Assembly (NCBI GenBank): GCA_046483315.1 | Contig: JAWODJ010000015.1 | Location: 457-64,456, forward strand | Source: Bacteroidales bacterium | Lineage (GTDB): Bacteria > Bacteroidota > Bacteroidia > Bacteroidales > PUMT01 | Length of the DNA stretch: 64,000 bases | Reading direction: 5' to 3' | Shown here: piece by piece, positions 39,052 through 49,262 of the stretch | Layout: every line of letters starts with the position of its first letter | Numbering within the stretch: position 1 is the first letter of the stretch | Program-made: the position numbers and the translations under genes | The notes under the pieces: model-generated | Seen by the model: only the letters and a program-made list of their open reading frames with translations | Databases searched by the model: none | What the model was told of the DNA's origin: nothing

Positions 39052-39068
39052 TTCTGCGTAAAATTACT

Positions 39069-39183
39069 CCGGGAAGAGATGTTCGTCACCTCCGCGCTCC
39101 CCCACAAGTAGGGTCGAACGGCTTTCCCGCATCCGGTTCCTCCATGTGGGCTTTCCGGATAACCAGGTGACCCCATCCTCCCG
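39069..39183. ncRNA. unclassified GC-rich structured element (candidate ncRNA or 3' UTR structure)
   Basis: A GC-rich patch in an AT-rich spacer. Complementary segments are GTCACCT (39085..39091) with AGGTGAC (39165..39171), extended imperfectly by CCGGGAAGAGATG with CATCCTCCCG. CCCACA (39101..39106) pairs with TGTGGG (39145..39150), interleaved with ATCCGG (39131..39136) and CCGGAT (39155..39160), which is a pseudoknot topology. I recognise no family. Confidence 0.2.
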
Positions 39184-39232
39184 AACAGTGGTTTGCGGTG
39201 GCGGGCCTCACAGTAAACTGCTAAAACACGGT

Positions 39233-40039
39233 TTACTGCTTCTGAAAATACTCCCTGATAAGTCCGGGGACATCTGTAGTTATTGACAAAGCACCAAATT
39301 CCTTCAGCTCCCATGCCCTTTCAGGGTCATTTACCGTCCAAACATGATATTCATATCCCGCATCAGTAATCTGCTCAATAAACTCCCTTGTTACCAGTCC
39401 GTGATGCGAAGAAAAACCATCGGCTCCTGTACTCTCCAGGGTTTCAATAACAGTTTCCGGTCCGGGTACAACATTTCCATGGTTATCATAACTTAAGCCT
39501 GATAACCAGTAGGCGTTGTGTTCAGGCCTGTCACGTTTCACTGCTTTAATTACATCAGAATTGAAAGATATAATAACGATCTGTTCATTTTTCAGTCCCG
39601 ATCTGTCAATCTCCCCGTAGAGCTTCGGTAAAATCTCCACACCCTGTTTTATCTCAACAAATATCTTTTTCCCGCGAGGAACTGTTTCAAATACCCCGGC
39701 AAGGGAAGGTATTACCGTTCCCGACCATTTATCATCTTTCCATGCCCCAACATCAATTTGCCTCAGCTCCTCCAGGGTCGATTCAGACACAATCAGGTCG
39801 ACATCAGAAAACCTCCCTGTTCTCGAATCGTGTATGCAGACAATCTCCTGGTCGGTGGTAAGGAAAAAATCGCCCTCAATGGCATCTGCACCCTGCTCCC
39901 ATGCCAAAAGGAATGAGGGTATGGTATTTTCCGGAGCATCCTGTGATGCACCCCTGTGGGCAACAATCAGGTAATCCGCTGCCGGCTCAGCGCATCCGGT
40001 TATCAATGTGATCATTGCTATAAAAACTATTTTATACAT
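39233..40039 (-). CDS. glpQ: glycerophosphodiester phosphodiesterase
   Basis: 268 aa lipoprotein-like protein (LITGC). IVAHRGASQDAPENT and EGDFFLTTDQEIVCIHD are GDPD signatures. Confidence 0.85.
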   Translation of the reverse strand: MYKIVFIAMITLITGCAEPAADYLIVAHRGASQDAPENTIPSFLLAWEQGADAIEGDFFLTTDQEIVCIHDSRTGRFSDVDLIVSESTLEELRQIDVGAWKDDKWSGTVIPSLAGVFETVPRGKKIFVEIKQGVEILPKLYGEIDRSGLKNEQIVIISFNSDVIKAVKRDRPEHNAYWLSGLSYDNHGNVVPGPETVIETLESTGADGFSSHHGLVTREFIEQITDAGYEYHVWTVNDPERAWELKEFGALSITTDVPGLIREYFQKQ

Positions 40040-40077
40040 CTGTTTTAACTTACGGGATTTAACTTCATTTGGTGATC

Positions 40078-40893
40078 TTATTTTAAAAATTCAAGCAGTA
40101 TCCATAACCTGGTAGGTTTTGATAATCTAACCATATCAGCGGACCTGGGTTCTATCCTGGTCATCTCAGGCATTCTTCCCTGATACTGACCCGGATACTG
40201 ACCGGGCATGCCCCCGGGATTCCTGACACCTCTGCCTGAGCGTTCCGGCCTCTGCCTTTCAGATGATGAAGGCGGTTCAAAATAACCAGTTTCAAGGCCT
40301 ATACTTACCGGTGTATTGCCAGATAGAGGGTTATACCCGAATTCAAGCACTTCATAGGGAATTACCGCTTCATAAACCAGCAGGTCATCAACAATTTCAG
40401 CGTTTACCCTTATGCGGCTGTCTCTCATTTTGACTGTCCTGGCAGAAGTGCCGTAAATACCTATCAGTTCAATCTCCTCTGCCATTTCAAGAACAGAATT
40501 CATATCTCCTCCCATTATTCCTCCGGCACTGCCCGGGTTCCTTCCTTCAGATCTTCGCGCCTGCGGCATCCTTAAACCTGTGGGAAATCTGAAACCTTCT
40601 ACCTTGTTCTTTTGACCATTCCTGTCAATCCAGACCGTAAAGCCAAAATAAACGATCTTTCTTTTTACAGCAGGATCAGAAACGGCCAGTTTCAGGTAAA
40701 GATTATTGCGGTCATATTCAAACCCATAGTGAAACCCGGTATTCTCGTCCTGTTTCATCCTGTCTGGCAGGCCGTCTTTCACATCTTCCTTCAAAGCCAC
40801 CGGGTCATCCTGTCCTGGAGCAACCAGCGCCACAGGCATACTGCAGCCGTAAGCAGACATTATGACAACTGAAAATACTGTTATTAACCTCAT
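40078..40893 (-). CDS. hypothetical lipoprotein with Gly/Pro/Gln-rich C-terminal region
   Basis: 271 aa with the lipobox SAYGC. I recognise no family. Confidence 0.5.
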   Translation of the reverse strand: MRLITVFSVVIMSAYGCSMPVALVAPGQDDPVALKEDVKDGLPDRMKQDENTGFHYGFEYDRNNLYLKLAVSDPAVKRKIVYFGFTVWIDRNGQKNKVEGFRFPTGLRMPQARRSEGRNPGSAGGIMGGDMNSVLEMAEEIELIGIYGTSARTVKMRDSRIRVNAEIVDDLLVYEAVIPYEVLEFGYNPLSGNTPVSIGLETGYFEPPSSSERQRPERSGRGVRNPGGMPGQYPGQYQGRMPEMTRIEPRSADMVRLSKPTRLWILLEFLK

Positions 40894-41307
40894 ATTAAAA
40901 TCATGTTAGCTCTTGTTATAACAACGGAAAAAGTAAAATTATTATAAACCGGGCGGAGCAATCAGAAATATTATTTGACCGGTTCAAAGATGACAAAGTT
41001 TATTCTTTTTTTTTGTATTTTGTTGAAAATAGTAATCACTTTGTTTTTTTATACGCACAAACCAGGTTAATCAATTTAACAACCAGTTAATTATATTTAG
41101 CAGGTAATTCATATTCAGCAATTTAACTCCGATGGATGATTCATACCTTATTGACCTTCGGTCGAACTCACATGCAGAATGTTGCTCGTTCAGCATTATT
41201 TTACGGAGGTGACTTTCATTTTATTTTGTGTGACGAAGTACCATTAGGGATCCATCCGAAATATTTAAACCAAAAAAGAGTTATTCTATTAATAAAACCT
41301 TCTGATA

Positions 41308-41946
41308 ATGGAACCGACAGCTAACTCAGTCAGATCAAAGAATCTTCTTTTCCTGGCACTGGCATTTTTCTTTCTGAGCATATCTCTTGAGGCCCAGACC
41401 GATTTTGAATACTATAACATTGCACTTGTGAAATTCAATATTGGCGACTACAAAGGAGCAGAATCCGACCTGACCAAAGCAATTGATATCAATCCTGAGA
41501 ACTCATCAGCCTATGTACTGAGAGGTGCCGTGAAACATAATCTTGAGAATTTTCAATCTGCAATGGAAGATTTCACAAAGGCCATTGAAATAGATTCCCG
41601 CCAGACGGGAAGCCGCAAACTTACAATCTATGATCAGAAAGGAAATATAGTCGAATCATCCCTTCCGGTAAAGGCAGATCCCAACATGGCAGTCCCTTAT
41701 TACAACAGGGGTCTTTCCAGGCATGAACTTGAAGATTACATGGGGGCGATAGAAGACTACAATATGGCAATTGAGATTAACCCTGAGATGGAATCTGCAT
41801 ATCATAACAGAGGCTACGCCAGATTTATGTCGGGAGATATAAATGGTGCATGCCTCGACTGGCACAAAGCATATGAGCTTGGATATGCGGAAGCATCTGT
41901 TTTAATCAAAGAGCACTGCAGCGACAATCTGCATGAGAATCATTAA
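41308..41946 (+). CDS. tetratricopeptide-repeat protein
   Basis: 212 aa with a signal-like N-terminus. It has repeated TPR-type units (YKGAESDLTKAIDINPENSSAYVLRG, YMGAIEDYNMAIEINPEMESAYHNRG). Confidence 0.75.
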   Translation: MEPTANSVRSKNLLFLALAFFFLSISLEAQTDFEYYNIALVKFNIGDYKGAESDLTKAIDINPENSSAYVLRGAVKHNLENFQSAMEDFTKAIEIDSRQTGSRKLTIYDQKGNIVESSLPVKADPNMAVPYYNRGLSRHELEDYMGAIEDYNMAIEINPEMESAYHNRGYARFMSGDINGACLDWHKAYELGYAEASVLIKEHCSDNLHENH

Positions 41947-41957
41947 CTGCTGCCGGC

Positions 41958-42989
41958 TTACTGCCTCTTTTTCAAAATATCCATTGTTATCATATCCTTC
42001 AAAACCATTATCCACTCCGGCATATCATTCAGGCTTTCGACGTATTCCAGGTGAGCACCTCCTGCTTTTAAAAAAAGTTTATCATACTCAATTCCCAGTT
42101 CAACTGTTGTCTCCAGGCAATCGGCAACAAATGAAGGCGCTACGATCAGTATTTTGCCTGAACCTTCTTTTGCTTTGCTCACGATAACATCTTCGGTATA
42201 GGGTTTGATCCATTTGTCAGATAACCCGGACTGGAATGCGGTTGAATAATCCCCCTTGTCAAGTCCCAGTTTTGCAACCAGCAGCCTCGTGGTTTCATGA
42301 CAGGTTGCCTTATAGCAGTATTCCCCGTCTTCAGGAAGGTGGTTTTCACAACTGCAGCTTCCCGAAGGCCTGCCGGGATGTACCCTGTCGATGTGCCTGA
42401 GCGGCAAACCATGATAAGAGAAAACAATATGATCATACTCACTGTAATTATATGACCTGATTCTTTTAACAAAGGCATCTATAAACCCGGGGTTATCATA
42501 AAACTGGTTAATGATCCGTATTTCAGGAATTAATTCCCATTTTTTTACCCGGTCCATGATCACCGCCAGTGATGTCCCGGTGGTAGAAGAAGCGTACTGC
42601 GGGTAAAGAGGTAATGCAATAATTTTCGAATATCCCTTTTTCTTTATCTCTTCCAGAACCCTCTTCAGGTTCGGGTTGCCATAGCGCATTGCCAGGAATA
42701 CCCTGAATCTGTTGTCAAGGAGTTCCTGCAATTTATCTCTCACACCTGTTCCGTGGTAAAGAAGGGGGAAACCATTATCCGAAAGCAGCATTTTGTATAG
42801 TTTTGCCGACCGGGGCGACCTGAAAGGAACTATTACCAGGTTAACCAGGATCTTCCGTAACAGCCAGGGGATATCAATCACCCTGGGATCATTCAGAAAT
42901 TCAAAAAGATATTTCCGTACATCCTTTACCGAAGGCGAATCGGGCGTCCCGACATTTATCAGTACTACTGCAGTTTCCGGACGGTTCAT
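41958..42989 (-). CDS. hemH: ferrochelatase
   Basis: 343 aa with the blocks VVLINVGTPDSPSVKDVRKYLFEFLNDPRVIDIP and ALPLYPQYASSTTG. Confidence 0.9.
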   Translation of the reverse strand: MNRPETAVVLINVGTPDSPSVKDVRKYLFEFLNDPRVIDIPWLLRKILVNLVIVPFRSPRSAKLYKMLLSDNGFPLLYHGTGVRDKLQELLDNRFRVFLAMRYGNPNLKRVLEEIKKKGYSKIIALPLYPQYASSTTGTSLAVIMDRVKKWELIPEIRIINQFYDNPGFIDAFVKRIRSYNYSEYDHIVFSYHGLPLRHIDRVHPGRPSGSCSCENHLPEDGEYCYKATCHETTRLLVAKLGLDKGDYSTAFQSGLSDKWIKPYTEDVIVSKAKEGSGKILIVAPSFVADCLETTVELGIEYDKLFLKAGGAHLEYVESLNDMPEWIMVLKDMITMDILKKRQ

Positions 42990-43034
42990 GGAAAAGCAAT
43001 TTTTAATGGTGATAGCAACCTGAAAATCCGCTCA

Positions 43035-44429
43035 CTATGTTCGTTTACCTCTTATATTATCAACTATATCACCGGCAAGGGTTTTAGCCTGCCTGATCCT
43101 GTCGGCCATACCGATACCGTCACGAATGGCACCGGCAAGGAATAATCCCCGGTACCTGCCCTCTATACCCTCTATCCTCTCCAGCCTCTCCTTTGACGTG
43201 TCCGTATATTGCGGTATGGCCCTTTTATACCGGAAAATCCTGAAAATTTCAGGATCAGGGTCTTTAATCCCGAACATATCCTGTATCTCTTTGTATACAA
43301 GGGATCTTGTCTGCTCATCATCTAACTCTGTCAGCTCAGGATGCCTGTACCCGCCTGTAAAAACTGACAGGAGCGCTCCGCCTTCAGGTGCCCTGTTTTC
43401 CAGGAAAGATGATGTAAACAGTACACCCAGGATTTTCCTCTTTTCCCTGGACGGCACCAGTCCCCCGAAAGCATTCAGCTCCGCACCCTTCCAGTCTTTA
43501 AACCCCATTACCACCTGCGTCACACCGGCATATTCAAGATTTGTAATGGCTGAAAGATCCTCACTATCCAAAAAAGGAAACAGGGAAGGAAGCAGAGCGC
43601 TATCCGCCGTTGAAATAACATAAGGTGCAGTCATCTGACAGGAATTTCCATCTATTGAGCTGTTAACCAAAAAACTGTCTTTCTGTACCTGAACTGAGAC
43701 ATTCTCTGAATTCAGAAAAATCCTGCCGGCGCCGATAGCTTCAGCCAGGCCCTCTGTCAATGAACCAAGGCCTCCCTCAGCCGAAAAAACCTCCCGTGTC
43801 GCCTTTTTCACCCTCTCATCACCCGGTTCAAATCTTTTTCTCACTGCTCCCCTGATAAAACTCCCGTAATTCTGCTCCAGTGCATACAGTTTGGGTAAGG
43901 CATAGCGGGTAACCAGCCTGTTGGGATCGCCCGCGTATATTCCGGAAATAAACGGATCGACGGCATAATCCAGGTAACTTCTGCCAAGCCTTCTTTTAAC
44001 AAGCCCGGCAACTGTTTCAAAAGGATCATCTGCCTTTCGGCGGAACGGTTCTCCAAGTATCCTCAGTTTATCGCCGGTGGTAAAAAGGGGAGTTGTGATC
44101 GCACTTATCAGTCCCCCGGGCAGGGCATGCCACCTGCCCGATTTCCAGATAAGCCTTCTTTTGGCATCGGGATTTGCAATTTCCAGCCTGCAACGACCGG
44201 TCAGATCTTCAAACAGCTCAGCCGCCTCGGGATGGGACAGCACCCCTGTATTCGGCCCTGCCTCATATATAAAACCATCTTCCCTGAAAGTCTGTATTAC
44301 ACCTCCGGCCCGGTTTTCCTTTTCAAGAATAACAACATCAAGTCCCTGCTTCACAAGATACCATGCAGCAGTAAGGCCGGTCAGCCCTGCCCCGATGATT
44401 ATAACATCAGCATTCTTTTTTTCAGTCAT
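43035..44429 (-). CDS. hemY: FAD-dependent protoporphyrinogen oxidase (HemY type; CgoX not excluded)
   Basis: 464 aa. It has DVIIIGAGLTGLTAAWYL..LEKENRAGG (a GxGxxG FAD fold) and sits between hemN and hemH. Confidence 0.75.
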   Translation of the reverse strand: MTEKKNADVIIIGAGLTGLTAAWYLVKQGLDVVILEKENRAGGVIQTFREDGFIYEAGPNTGVLSHPEAAELFEDLTGRCRLEIANPDAKRRLIWKSGRWHALPGGLISAITTPLFTTGDKLRILGEPFRRKADDPFETVAGLVKRRLGRSYLDYAVDPFISGIYAGDPNRLVTRYALPKLYALEQNYGSFIRGAVRKRFEPGDERVKKATREVFSAEGGLGSLTEGLAEAIGAGRIFLNSENVSVQVQKDSFLVNSSIDGNSCQMTAPYVISTADSALLPSLFPFLDSEDLSAITNLEYAGVTQVVMGFKDWKGAELNAFGGLVPSREKRKILGVLFTSSFLENRAPEGGALLSVFTGGYRHPELTELDDEQTRSLVYKEIQDMFGIKDPDPEIFRIFRYKRAIPQYTDTSKERLERIEGIEGRYRGLFLAGAIRDGIGMADRIRQAKTLAGDIVDNIRGKRT

Positions 44430-44431
44430 TT

Positions 44432-45805
44432 TTAAAACGATCTGGAGAATTTATTACTGGTGGCGGACATTAACGGGTCAAACGAGGCCGCCACATTTCT
44501 TATAAACAATGAACCTTCGCCGGTAATCTCAACAGAATCATCAGTGAGATCAATAATCCCGTCTTCCTTAAATTGATTTAATACCCTCTCGTTATAGCCT
44601 ACGGTTTCCTTTATTTCATATACGCCGGTATCAAAGCGTTTTGCTATGCCTGCCCAGCTTATCCGCTTGTTGCACATTAATTCGGTAATTACTTCGCGTA
44701 TAATTATCTCGGCATCATTCAAAACATAACCTTTACGAACAGGAATGGATCCTTTTGCCACAGAAGCGATATACTCGCCGGTCGATTTGGTATTCTGGGC
44801 ATACACCCGCTGTAACTGGCTGATGGCTGAAACACCGAAAGCGTAAACCTGGCCGGTGGTTTCACGTGTGCAATATCCCTGGAAATTGCTGTGCAGACGG
44901 CCGGATTGCAATGCCTGGTACAATTCATCTTTCTCCTGTACAAAATGGTCAAGCCCTATTGGTTTGTACCCGTTCCCTGCCAAAAGATCAGAGGCCCTGC
45001 TGTACATGGCAGATTTTTCCTCACTGTCCGGCAACCCCTTTTTTTCCAGTTTTTCCTGCGCTTTATTAACCCATGGTACATGAGCATAGGAAAAAGTAAC
45101 CAGCCTGTCGGGATTGACATCAATAGCTTTTTGTATACTTTCAGTAAAACTGTCCGCAGTCTGGCCGGGCAGCCCGTATATGAAATCGAGGTTTATCCTG
45201 ACAGAAGGTTTCTCCGACCTGAGAAAGGAGACCAGCTCTTTTACCGGCACTGATGAAGGATCCCTGTTAACACCTTTCAATACCTTTTCACTGAAATCCT
45301 GTATGCCAAAGCTGAACCGGTTAAAACCGGCTTCCAGCAATTGCTGCAGGTATGGAATATCGAGGCAGGCCGGGTTACATTCTATGGCTATCTCAGGGGA
45401 AGGATCAAATGAAAGGTTCTTATGCAGCAGATCCATCAGCCTGACCAGGTACCCCGACGGAACAGAATTCGGAGTGCCGCCCCCGAGATGAACCTGTGAC
45501 ACTTTCCTTTTTTTATCAATCAGTCCGGTTACCTGCAACAGTTCGTTACTTAAAGCATCGAAATACTCTTTCACAGTTTGTATATCCGGCAACGGGCAGG
45601 AGTTACATCCGCAGTAAAAACAGATCTTTCTGCAAAAAGGGATATGAAAATAGAGGGATACCGGCCTTGGTTCCCAGTCATTTGAATGCTTTACTGCCTC
45701 CAGGTAATCGTCTGCCGAAAAGGTATCCTCAAAATAGTTGGCAGGCGGATAGCTTGTGTACCTTGGTACCGGAGTGTTGTATTTTTTTATAATGTTTTCG
45801 TGCAT
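44432..45805 (-). CDS. hemN: oxygen-independent coproporphyrinogen III oxidase (radical SAM)
   Basis: 457 aa with YFHIPFCRKICFYCGCN (CxxxCxxC) and length and blocks typical of HemN. Confidence 0.9.
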   Translation of the reverse strand: MHENIIKKYNTPVPRYTSYPPANYFEDTFSADDYLEAVKHSNDWEPRPVSLYFHIPFCRKICFYCGCNSCPLPDIQTVKEYFDALSNELLQVTGLIDKKRKVSQVHLGGGTPNSVPSGYLVRLMDLLHKNLSFDPSPEIAIECNPACLDIPYLQQLLEAGFNRFSFGIQDFSEKVLKGVNRDPSSVPVKELVSFLRSEKPSVRINLDFIYGLPGQTADSFTESIQKAIDVNPDRLVTFSYAHVPWVNKAQEKLEKKGLPDSEEKSAMYSRASDLLAGNGYKPIGLDHFVQEKDELYQALQSGRLHSNFQGYCTRETTGQVYAFGVSAISQLQRVYAQNTKSTGEYIASVAKGSIPVRKGYVLNDAEIIIREVITELMCNKRISWAGIAKRFDTGVYEIKETVGYNERVLNQFKEDGIIDLTDDSVEITGEGSLFIRNVAASFDPLMSATSNKFSRSF

Positions 45806-45867
45806 CTTTGTTCAGCTTCCTTTTTCGGGATCTGACTTTCAAACAGGCAAGCCTGCCTGTTATAGTC

Positions 45868-46911
45868 CTATCGCCCCCAGTTCATGTTTTTTATCCGGTC
45901 AGCCATGAATTTTGCATTATCATACGGAGTATCCTTTATAAAACCGTGCCCCAGGTTGAATATCCAGTTTTGGTTCGACCTTCCGAAGGAGATATATTTT
46001 TCCAGCCGGCCGGCAATCTCCTCCTTTCCTGCATACAGGAGTCTCGGGTCCAGGTTCCCCTGCAGGCCAATATCCTTATGGACGATCTTTCTTGCCACAT
46101 CCAGCGGTGTCTGCCAGTCTATACTGAGATAGTCGCAGATACCGGGAGTTACAGTTTCAATTCCCACTCCCAGCCCTTTGGGGAAATATATAAAAGGGAT
46201 ATTGCCGTCCCTGGCCACCCGGCTTATCTTCCTTATTGACGGCATGAACAACTCATTGTAAAGTTCAACCGGAACAAGGCCCGCATGAGTGTCAAAAAGC
46301 TGGAACACATCTATCCCGTGTTCAATCTGTCCCTTTATATACTCTATTGAAACATCCGTCACAATTTCAATTATTTTACCGGTAACGGACCTGTTTTCGT
46401 ACATGAACCTTATTGCTTCGGGAAAATCAGCTTTTTTGCCCAGACCCTGTATCATGTAGCACATTACCGTAAGTGGTGCCCCGCAGAAACCTATTAAAGG
46501 TATTTCAGCCGGTTTTAACTCAATGACCCTGTCTATGATGTTGTAAACAAACCGGAGTTTTGACGGGTCAGGATTCAATTGTGCGAGGGGGTCGCTGCTG
46601 CCGGCAAGCGGAGCAGAAAATACAGGTCCTTTGTCAGTAAATTCAAACCCCATTCCCACAGCCCAGGGAACCATAAGAATATCAGAAAAGAGTATGGCCG
46701 CATCTACCCTGAGGTCATTTACAGGAAGCAATGTAACCCTTGCTCCGATATCGGGATCATTCATCATATGCCACAGGGAGTATTTTTCTTTCAGTGCCCT
46801 GTACGAAGGAAGCACCCTCCCGGCCTGTCTCATAAACCAGAATGGCGGCCTTGCCGTATCTTTACCTGCAAAGGTCTTCATAAGCAGAGAACTATTCGGA
46901 TCTGTCTGCAT
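45868..46911 (-). CDS. hemE: uroporphyrinogen decarboxylase
   Basis: 347 aa with the PPFWFMRQAGR signature. Confidence 0.9.
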   Translation of the reverse strand: MQTDPNSSLLMKTFAGKDTARPPFWFMRQAGRVLPSYRALKEKYSLWHMMNDPDIGARVTLLPVNDLRVDAAILFSDILMVPWAVGMGFEFTDKGPVFSAPLAGSSDPLAQLNPDPSKLRFVYNIIDRVIELKPAEIPLIGFCGAPLTVMCYMIQGLGKKADFPEAIRFMYENRSVTGKIIEIVTDVSIEYIKGQIEHGIDVFQLFDTHAGLVPVELYNELFMPSIRKISRVARDGNIPFIYFPKGLGVGIETVTPGICDYLSIDWQTPLDVARKIVHKDIGLQGNLDPRLLYAGKEEIAGRLEKYISFGRSNQNWIFNLGHGFIKDTPYDNAKFMADRIKNMNWGR

Positions 46912-46916
46912 CTTTT

Positions 46917-48221
46917 TTATATTTTATCAGTTATCAGCCCTGCAAGTACCTTGCGGCTCTTTTCAATTGTATTTTCGATATCACGTGCAGTGTGGGCAGA
47001 TGAAACAAAGCATGCTTCAAACTGGGAGGGAGCAATATAGATACCTTCACCCAGCATGCCATTGAAATACCTGGCAAACAACCTGGTGTCGCACGACATT
47101 ACATCACTGTAGGATGTCACCTTATTTCTTCCGGTAAAGAAAAGAGTGAACATTGAGCCTGCCCGGTTTACAACACCGGGTATTCCTGCCTCGCGGAGAC
47201 CTGCAAGCAGGCCGTCTGCAAGGAGCGCGGACTTGCTCTCCAGGTCATTATAAAGATCATCATTGTTGTTTATGATCTTAAGTGTTGCTATTCCTGCCGC
47301 CATCGCCACCGGGTTGCCCGACAGCGTTCCTGCCTGGTATACCGGACCGGACGGGGAAAGCCTGTCCATTATATCTTTCCTTCCGCCGTAGGCACCGACC
47401 GGTAACCCCCCGCCTATTATCTTACCCAGCGTGGTGAGATCCGGACTGATATCCAGAAGTTCCTGTGCCCCTCCTTTTGCAAGGCGGAAACCTGTCATAA
47501 CCTCATCAAAGATAAGGATTGCTCCATACATCGTGCATAAGCTCCTGACAGCCTGAAGAAATTGCCTGTCCGGCTCAACAACCCCCATATTGCCTGTTAC
47601 AGGCTCAATGATAACAGCGGCTATGTTGTCGCCATGCAGGCTGAAAAGGTTTTCCACCGAACCGGCGTCATTAAAAACGGCATTAAGCGTATCTTTGGCG
47701 GTACCTTTGGTGACACCGGGGGAGTCAGGTTCTCCGTGAGTCAATGCTCCGGAACCGGCTTTTATCAGGAAGCTGTCGCCATGGCCGTGATAGCAACCTT
47801 CAAATTTAACAACCTTATCCCTTCCGGTGAAACCCCGGGCAAGCCGTAATGCACTCATGGTCGCCTCGGTTCCCGAATTTACCATCCTTACACTTTCTAT
47901 CGAGGGCACCATGTCTTTTATCAGTTCGGCCAGTTGTATTTCAAGAATGGTGGGCGCCCCGTAGCTTGTGCCTGACAGGGCAGCTTCCCTGACCGCACTA
48001 ACCACTTCCGGATGCGCATGCCCCAGGATCATCGGTCCCCACGAGCCCACATAATCGATAAATTCATTGCCGTCGATGTCAAATATTGCCGAATCCTCTG
48101 CTTTTTCAATAAAGAGCGGGTTACTGCCTACACTTTTAAGCGCCCTTGCCGGTGAGTTAACCCCGCCGGGAATGCTTTTCAATGCACGGTTAAATGCTTC
48201 GGTACTTTTGCCTGTCTCCAT
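46917..48221 (-). CDS. hemL: glutamate-1-semialdehyde 2,1-aminomutase
   Basis: 434 aa class III aminotransferase with the blocks [19 protein letters not shown] and GKIIGGG. Confidence 0.9.
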   Translation of the reverse strand: METGKSTEAFNRALKSIPGGVNSPARALKSVGSNPLFIEKAEDSAIFDIDGNEFIDYVGSWGPMILGHAHPEVVSAVREAALSGTSYGAPTILEIQLAELIKDMVPSIESVRMVNSGTEATMSALRLARGFTGRDKVVKFEGCYHGHGDSFLIKAGSGALTHGEPDSPGVTKGTAKDTLNAVFNDAGSVENLFSLHGDNIAAVIIEPVTGNMGVVEPDRQFLQAVRSLCTMYGAILIFDEVMTGFRLAKGGAQELLDISPDLTTLGKIIGGGLPVGAYGGRKDIMDRLSPSGPVYQAGTLSGNPVAMAAGIATLKIINNNDDLYNDLESKSALLADGLLAGLREAGIPGVVNRAGSMFTLFFTGRNKVTSYSDVMSCDTRLFARYFNGMLGEGIYIAPSQFEACFVSSAHTARDIENTIEKSRKVLAGLITDKI

Positions 48222-48239
48222 GTAATCTGTAATTTACTG

Positions 48240-49208
48240 TTATAATTCTGCGATAATATCCTGTGTATGGTATGAGATAATTATATCGGCACCGGCCCGC
48301 TTTATTGAAGTCAGTATCTCCCTTACAATCCGTTTTTCGTCAATCCATCCTTTTTCGGCGGCAGCCTTTACCATGGAAAATTCACCACTTACATTATATG
48401 CTGCAACAGGAATATTGAAATTGCTTTTTACTTCATTTATCACATCCAGGTAGCTCAGGGCCGGCTTTACCATTACAATATCCGCACCCTCCTCAATATC
48501 CAGTGCTGTTTCGCGAAGTGCTTCATCTTTATTTGCCGGGTCCATCTGGTAAGTGGCACGGTCACCAAACTGCGGCGCACTCCCGGCCGCTTCGCGAAAC
48601 GGCCCGTAAAAGGCAGAAGAGTATTTTGCTGAATAGGACATAATGGGCAGGCTGTGGTAGCCGTTGCTATCAAGCTCTTTCCTGATGGCGGCTACACGGC
48701 CGTCCATCATATCACTAGGCGCAATCATATCGGCACCGGCCCCGGCAAATGATACCGACTGACGGACAAGTGTAGCTATGGTTAAATCATTGTCCACATC
48801 ACCATCTTTAATAGTGCCGCAATGTCCGTGAACCGTGTATTCACAGTTACATACATCTGCAATTACAAACATTTCTGGAATCTCCTCTTTAACAGATCTT
48901 ACAGCCTGCTGGACAATACCATCCGGTAAGCAGGCAATTTCACCCGTCTCATCCTTCCGGTCAGGAATGCCGAAAAGTAACACCGAATGTACCCCTTTTC
49001 CGTAGAGCATTTTGCAATGCTCAACCAGTTTGTCTGCCGAAAACTGGTAATTACCGGGCATGGATCTGATTGGGTTGCTTATGTTTTTACCATGCCTTAC
49101 AAACAGGGGCATAACAAGGCTTGCACCTGTCAGCACTGTTTCTCTGATCATATTTCTCGTTACTGCCGATTTTCTTAAACGACGAAGTCTTGTTACCGGA
49201 TAACTCAT
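48240..49208 (-). CDS. hemB: porphobilinogen synthase (Zn-type)
   Basis: 322 aa with PVTRLRRLR, the Cys-rich Zn site DVCNCEYTVHGHCG, and VKPAL. Confidence 0.9.
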   Translation of the reverse strand: MSYPVTRLRRLRKSAVTRNMIRETVLTGASLVMPLFVRHGKNISNPIRSMPGNYQFSADKLVEHCKMLYGKGVHSVLLFGIPDRKDETGEIACLPDGIVQQAVRSVKEEIPEMFVIADVCNCEYTVHGHCGTIKDGDVDNDLTIATLVRQSVSFAGAGADMIAPSDMMDGRVAAIRKELDSNGYHSLPIMSYSAKYSSAFYGPFREAAGSAPQFGDRATYQMDPANKDEALRETALDIEEGADIVMVKPALSYLDVINEVKSNFNIPVAAYNVSGEFSMVKAAAEKGWIDEKRIVREILTSIKRAGADIIISYHTQDIIAEL

Positions 49209-49262
49209 TTTTCAGATTTTATATTTTCTGTTTTTCCAATGGCAGATATCCACAAAAGGATA

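Noticed and set aside
39069-39215. Cobalamin, SAH or other known riboswitch, SRP RNA or RNase P RNA
   Set aside because: Fragments such as ACCACTGTTCGGGAGG (B12-box-like) and GGGGAGCGCGGAGG (SAH-like) are present on the minus strand. The remaining obligatory core motifs and their order are absent. In addition, the best promoter box for the downstream gene lies between the element and the gene rather than upstream of it.
38979-39314. 111-aa minus-strand ORF across the 39.07-39.18 kb GC-rich element
   Set aside because: It overlaps the 3' end of the well-supported glpQ gene in another frame, and its sequence is Gly/Pro/Arg-rich and non-protein-like. It is better explained as non-coding.
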